Translations under genes and position numbers: made by a program | Notes under the pieces: generated by a model | Seen by the model: the letters and a program-made list of their open reading frames with translations, nothing else | Database searches by the model: none | Told to the model about the DNA's origin: nothing | NCBI GenBank assembly: GCA_032718475.1 | Contig: JAUCBJ010007417.1 | Coordinates: 36,373-100,372, forward strand | DNA length: 64,000 nt | Direction of reading: 5' to 3' | DNA from: Nemertoderma westbladi | Lineage: Eukaryota; Animalia; Xenacoelomorpha | In this document: positions 60,501 to 64,000 of the stretch, piece after piece | How the letters are laid out: the number at the start of each line of letters is the position of its first letter | Position numbering within the stretch: the first letter of the stretch is position 1

Positions 60501-63500
60501 CACTGGTGGAAGCCATGGAGTCTGTTAGTCGTCACCAACTGATAGAGGTAGGTACTGGTGGAAGCCATGGAGTCTGTTAGTCGTCACCAACTGATAGAGG
60601 TAGGTACTGGTGGAAGCCAAGGAGTCTGTTAGTCGTCACCAACTGATAGAGGTAGGTACTGGTGGAAGCCATGGAGTCTGTTAGTCGTCACCAACTGATA
60701 GAGGTAGGTAGGCACTGGTGGAAGCCATGGAGTCTGTTAGTCGTCACCAACTGATAGAGGTAGGTACTGGTGGAAGCCATGGAGTCTGTTAGTCGTCACC
60801 AACTGATAGAGGTAGGTACTGGTGGAAGCCATGGAGTCTGTTAGTCGTCACCAACTGATAGAGGTAGGTAGGTAGTGGTGGAAGCCATGGAGTCTGTTAG
60901 TCGTCACCAACTGATAGAGGTAGGTACTGGTGGAAGCCATGGAGTCTGTTAGTCGTCACCAACTGATAGAGGTAGGTAGGTACTGGTGGAAGCCATGGAG
61001 TCTGTTAGTCGTCACCAACTGATAGAGGTAGGTACTGGTGGAAGCCATGGAGTCTGTTAGTCGTCACCAACTGATAGAGGTAGGTACTGGTGGAAGCCAT
61101 GGAGTCTGTTAGTCGTCACCAACTGATAGAGGTAGGTACTGGTGGAAGCCATGGAGTCTGTTAGTCGTCACCAACTGATAGAGGTAGGTACTGGTGGAAG
61201 CCATGGAGTCTGTTAGTCGTCACCAACTGATAGAGGTAGGTACTGGTGGAAGCCATGGAGTCTGTTAGTCGTCACCAACTGATAGAGGTAGGTACTGGTG
61301 GAAGCCATGGAGTCTGTTAGTCGTCACCAACTGATAGAGGTAGGTAGGTCTGGTGGAAGCCATGGAGTCTGTTAGTCGTCACCAACTGATAGAGGTAGGT
61401 ACTGGTGGAAGCCATGGAGTCTGTTAGTCGTCACCAACTGATAGAGGTAGGTACTGGTGGAAGCCATGGAGTCTGTTAGTCGTCACCAACTGATAGAGGT
61501 AGGTACTGGTGGAAGCCATGGAGTCTGTTAGTCGTCACCAACTGATAGAGGTAGGTACTGGTGGAAGCCATGGAGTCTGTTAGTCGTCACCAACTGATAG
61601 AGGTAGGTAGGTACTGGTGGAAGCCATGGAGTCTGTTAGTCGTCACCAACTGATAGAGGTAGGTAGGTACTGGTGGAAGCCATGGAGTCTGTTAGTCGTC
61701 ACCAACTGATAGAGGTAGGTACTGGTGGAAGCCATGGAGTCTGTTAGTCGTCACCAACTGATAGAGGTAGGTAGGTACTGGTGGAAGCCATGGAGTCTGT
61801 TAGTCGTCACCAACTGATAGAGGTAGGTACTGGTGGAAGCCATGGAGTCTGTTAGTCGTCACCAACTGATAGAGGTAGGTACTGGTGGAAGCCATGGAGT
61901 CTGTTAGTCGTCACCAACTGATAGAGGTAGGTACTGGTGGAAGCCATGGAGTCTGTTAGTCGTCACCAACTGATAGAGGTAGGTAGGTACTGGTGGAAGC
62001 CATGGAGTCTGTTAGTCGTCACCAACTGATAGAGGTAGGTAGGTACTGGTGGAAGCCAAGGAGTCTGTTAGTCGTCACCAACTGATAGAGGTAGGTACTG
62101 GTGGAAGCCAAGGAGTCTGTTAGTCGTCACCAACTGATAGAGGTAGGTACTGGTGGAAGCCATGGAGTCTGTTAGTCGTCACCAACTGATAGAGGTAGGT
62201 ACTGGTGGAAGCCATGGAGTCTGTTAGTCGTCACCAACTGATAGAGGTAGGTAGGTACTGGTGGAAGCCATGGAGTCTGTTAGTCGTCACCAACTGATAG
62301 AGGTAGGTAGGTACTGGTGGAAGCCATGGAGTCTGTTAGTCGTCACCAACTGATAGAGGTAGGTACTGGTGGAAGCCATGGAGTCTGTTAGTCGTCACCA
62401 ACTGATAGAGGTAGGTAGGTACTGGTGGAAGCCATGGAGTCTGTTAGTCGTCACCAACTGATAGAGGTAGGTACTGGTGGAAGCCAAGGAGTCTGTTAGT
62501 CGTCACCAACTGATAGAGGTAGGTACTGGTGGAAGCCATGGAGTCTGTTAGTCGTCACCAACTGATAGAGGTAGGTACTGGTGGAAGCCATGGAGTCTGT
62601 TAGTCGTCACCAACTGATAGAGGTAGGTAGGTACTGGTGGAAGCCATGGAGTCTGTTAGTCGTCACCAACTGATAGAGGTAGGTAGGTACTGGTGGAAGC
62701 CATGGAGTCTGTTAGTCGTCACCAACTGATAGAGGTAGGTACTGGTGGAAGCCATGGAGTCTGTTAGTCGTCACCAACTGATAGAGGTAGGTACTGGTGG
62801 AAGCCATGGAGTCTGTTAGTCGTCACCAACTGATAGAGGTAGGTACTGGTGGAAGCCATGGAGTCTGTTAGTCGTCACCAACTGATAGAGGTAGGTACTG
62901 GTGGAAGCCATGGAGTCTGTTAGTCGTCACCAACTGATAGAGGTAGGTACTGGTGGAAGCCATGGAGTCTGTTAGTCGTCACCAACTGATAGAGGTAGGT
63001 ACTGGTGGAAGCCATGGAGTCTGTTAGTCGTCACCAACTGATAGAGGTAGGTAGGTACTGGTGGAAGCCAAGGAGTCTGTTAGTCGTCACCAACTGATAG
63101 AGGTAGGTAGGTACTGGTGGAAGCCATGGAGTCTGTTAGTCGTCACCAACTGATAGAGGTAGGTACTGGTGGAAGCCATGGAGTCTGTTTAGTCGTCACC
63201 AACTGATAGAGGTAGGTACTGATGGAAGCCAAGGAGTCTGTTAGTCGTCACCAACTGATAGAGGTAGGTACTGATGGAAGCCAAGGAGTCTGTTTAGTCG
63301 TCACCAACTGATAGAGGTAGGTACTGGTGGAAGCCATGGAGTCTGTTTAGTCGTCACCAACTGATAGAGGTAGGTAGGTACTGGTGGAAGCCATGGAGTC
63401 TGTTAGTCGTCACCAACTGATAGAGGTAGGTAGGTACTGGTGGAAGCCATGGAGTCTGTTAGTCGTCACCAACTGATAGAGGTAGGTACTGGTGGAAGCC

Positions 63501-64000
63501 ATGGAGTCTGTTAGTCGTCACCAACTGATAGAGGTAGGTAGGTACTGGTGGAAGCCATGGAGTCTGTTAGTCGTCACCAACTGATAGAGGTAGGTAGGTA
63601 CTGGTGGGAGCCATGGAGTCTGTTAGTCGTCACCAACTGATAGAGGTAGGTAGGTACTGGTGGGAGCCATGGAGTCTGTTAGTCGTCACCAACTGATAGA
63701 GGTAGGTAGGTACTGGTGGGAGCCATGGAGTCTGTTAGTCGTCACCAACTGATAGAGGTAGGTAGGTACTGGTGGGAGCCATGGAGTCTGTTAGTCGTCA
63801 CCAACTGATAGAGGTAGGTACTGGTGGAAGCCATGGAGTCTGTTAGTCGTCACCAACTGATAGAGGTAGGTAGGTACTGGTGGGAGCCATGGAGTCTGTT
63901 AGTCGTCACCAACTGATAGAGGCAGGTAGGTACTGGTGGAAGCCATGGAGTCTGTTAGTCGTCACCAACTGATAGAGGTAGGTAGGTACTGGTGGAGCCA
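42552..64000 (+). repeat. 52/56-bp tandem array (about 400 copies, over 21 kb, runs off the window) of the last 48 nt of the UNC80 exon plus its 5' splice site
   Basis: Unit GTACTGGTGGAAGCCATGGAGTCTGTTAGTCGTCACCAACTGATAGAG|GTAG(GTAG). The first copy is the exon's own 3' end (VLVEAMESVSRHQLIE). Confidence 0.96.

Noticed and set aside
4521-64000. CRISPR-like arrays
   Set aside because: Units are head-to-tail with no unique spacers, there are no cas genes, and the context is eukaryotic with spliceosomal introns.
42600-64000. 48-nt copies as real tandem exons separated by 4-8 nt GTAG introns
   Set aside because: Introns of 4-8 nt are too short for the spliceosome and there is no pyrimidine tract or branch site; treated as decoys unless cDNA shows otherwise.

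Overview
Animal (invertebrate-like) nuclear genomic DNA with GC-rich spliceosomal exons in AT-rich, transposon-filled introns. Two conserved host genes are visible on the + strand: the last four coding exons of DHX9/RNA helicase A (about 8041-20315) and an N-terminal exon of UNC80 (42405-42599). Around them are an L2/CR1-type LINE with a nested TIR element, a Gypsy element whose 3' LTR carries a nested LINE and a MITE, a truncated Bel/Pao element and a further LINE RT fragment. The most striking feature is that all three large tandem arrays (60-bp unit, about 59 copies; 51-bp unit, about 64 copies; 52/56-bp unit, about 400 copies and over 21 kb) are not ordinary satellites. Each is an amplified copy of a splice junction of the adjacent host exon, with the functional exon as the terminal copy, so these introns hold tens to hundreds of decoy splice sites, all with an AG|GT core. 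Coordinates were read by eye, copy numbers are estimates, and gene identities rest on recalled protein motifs, not on a database search.
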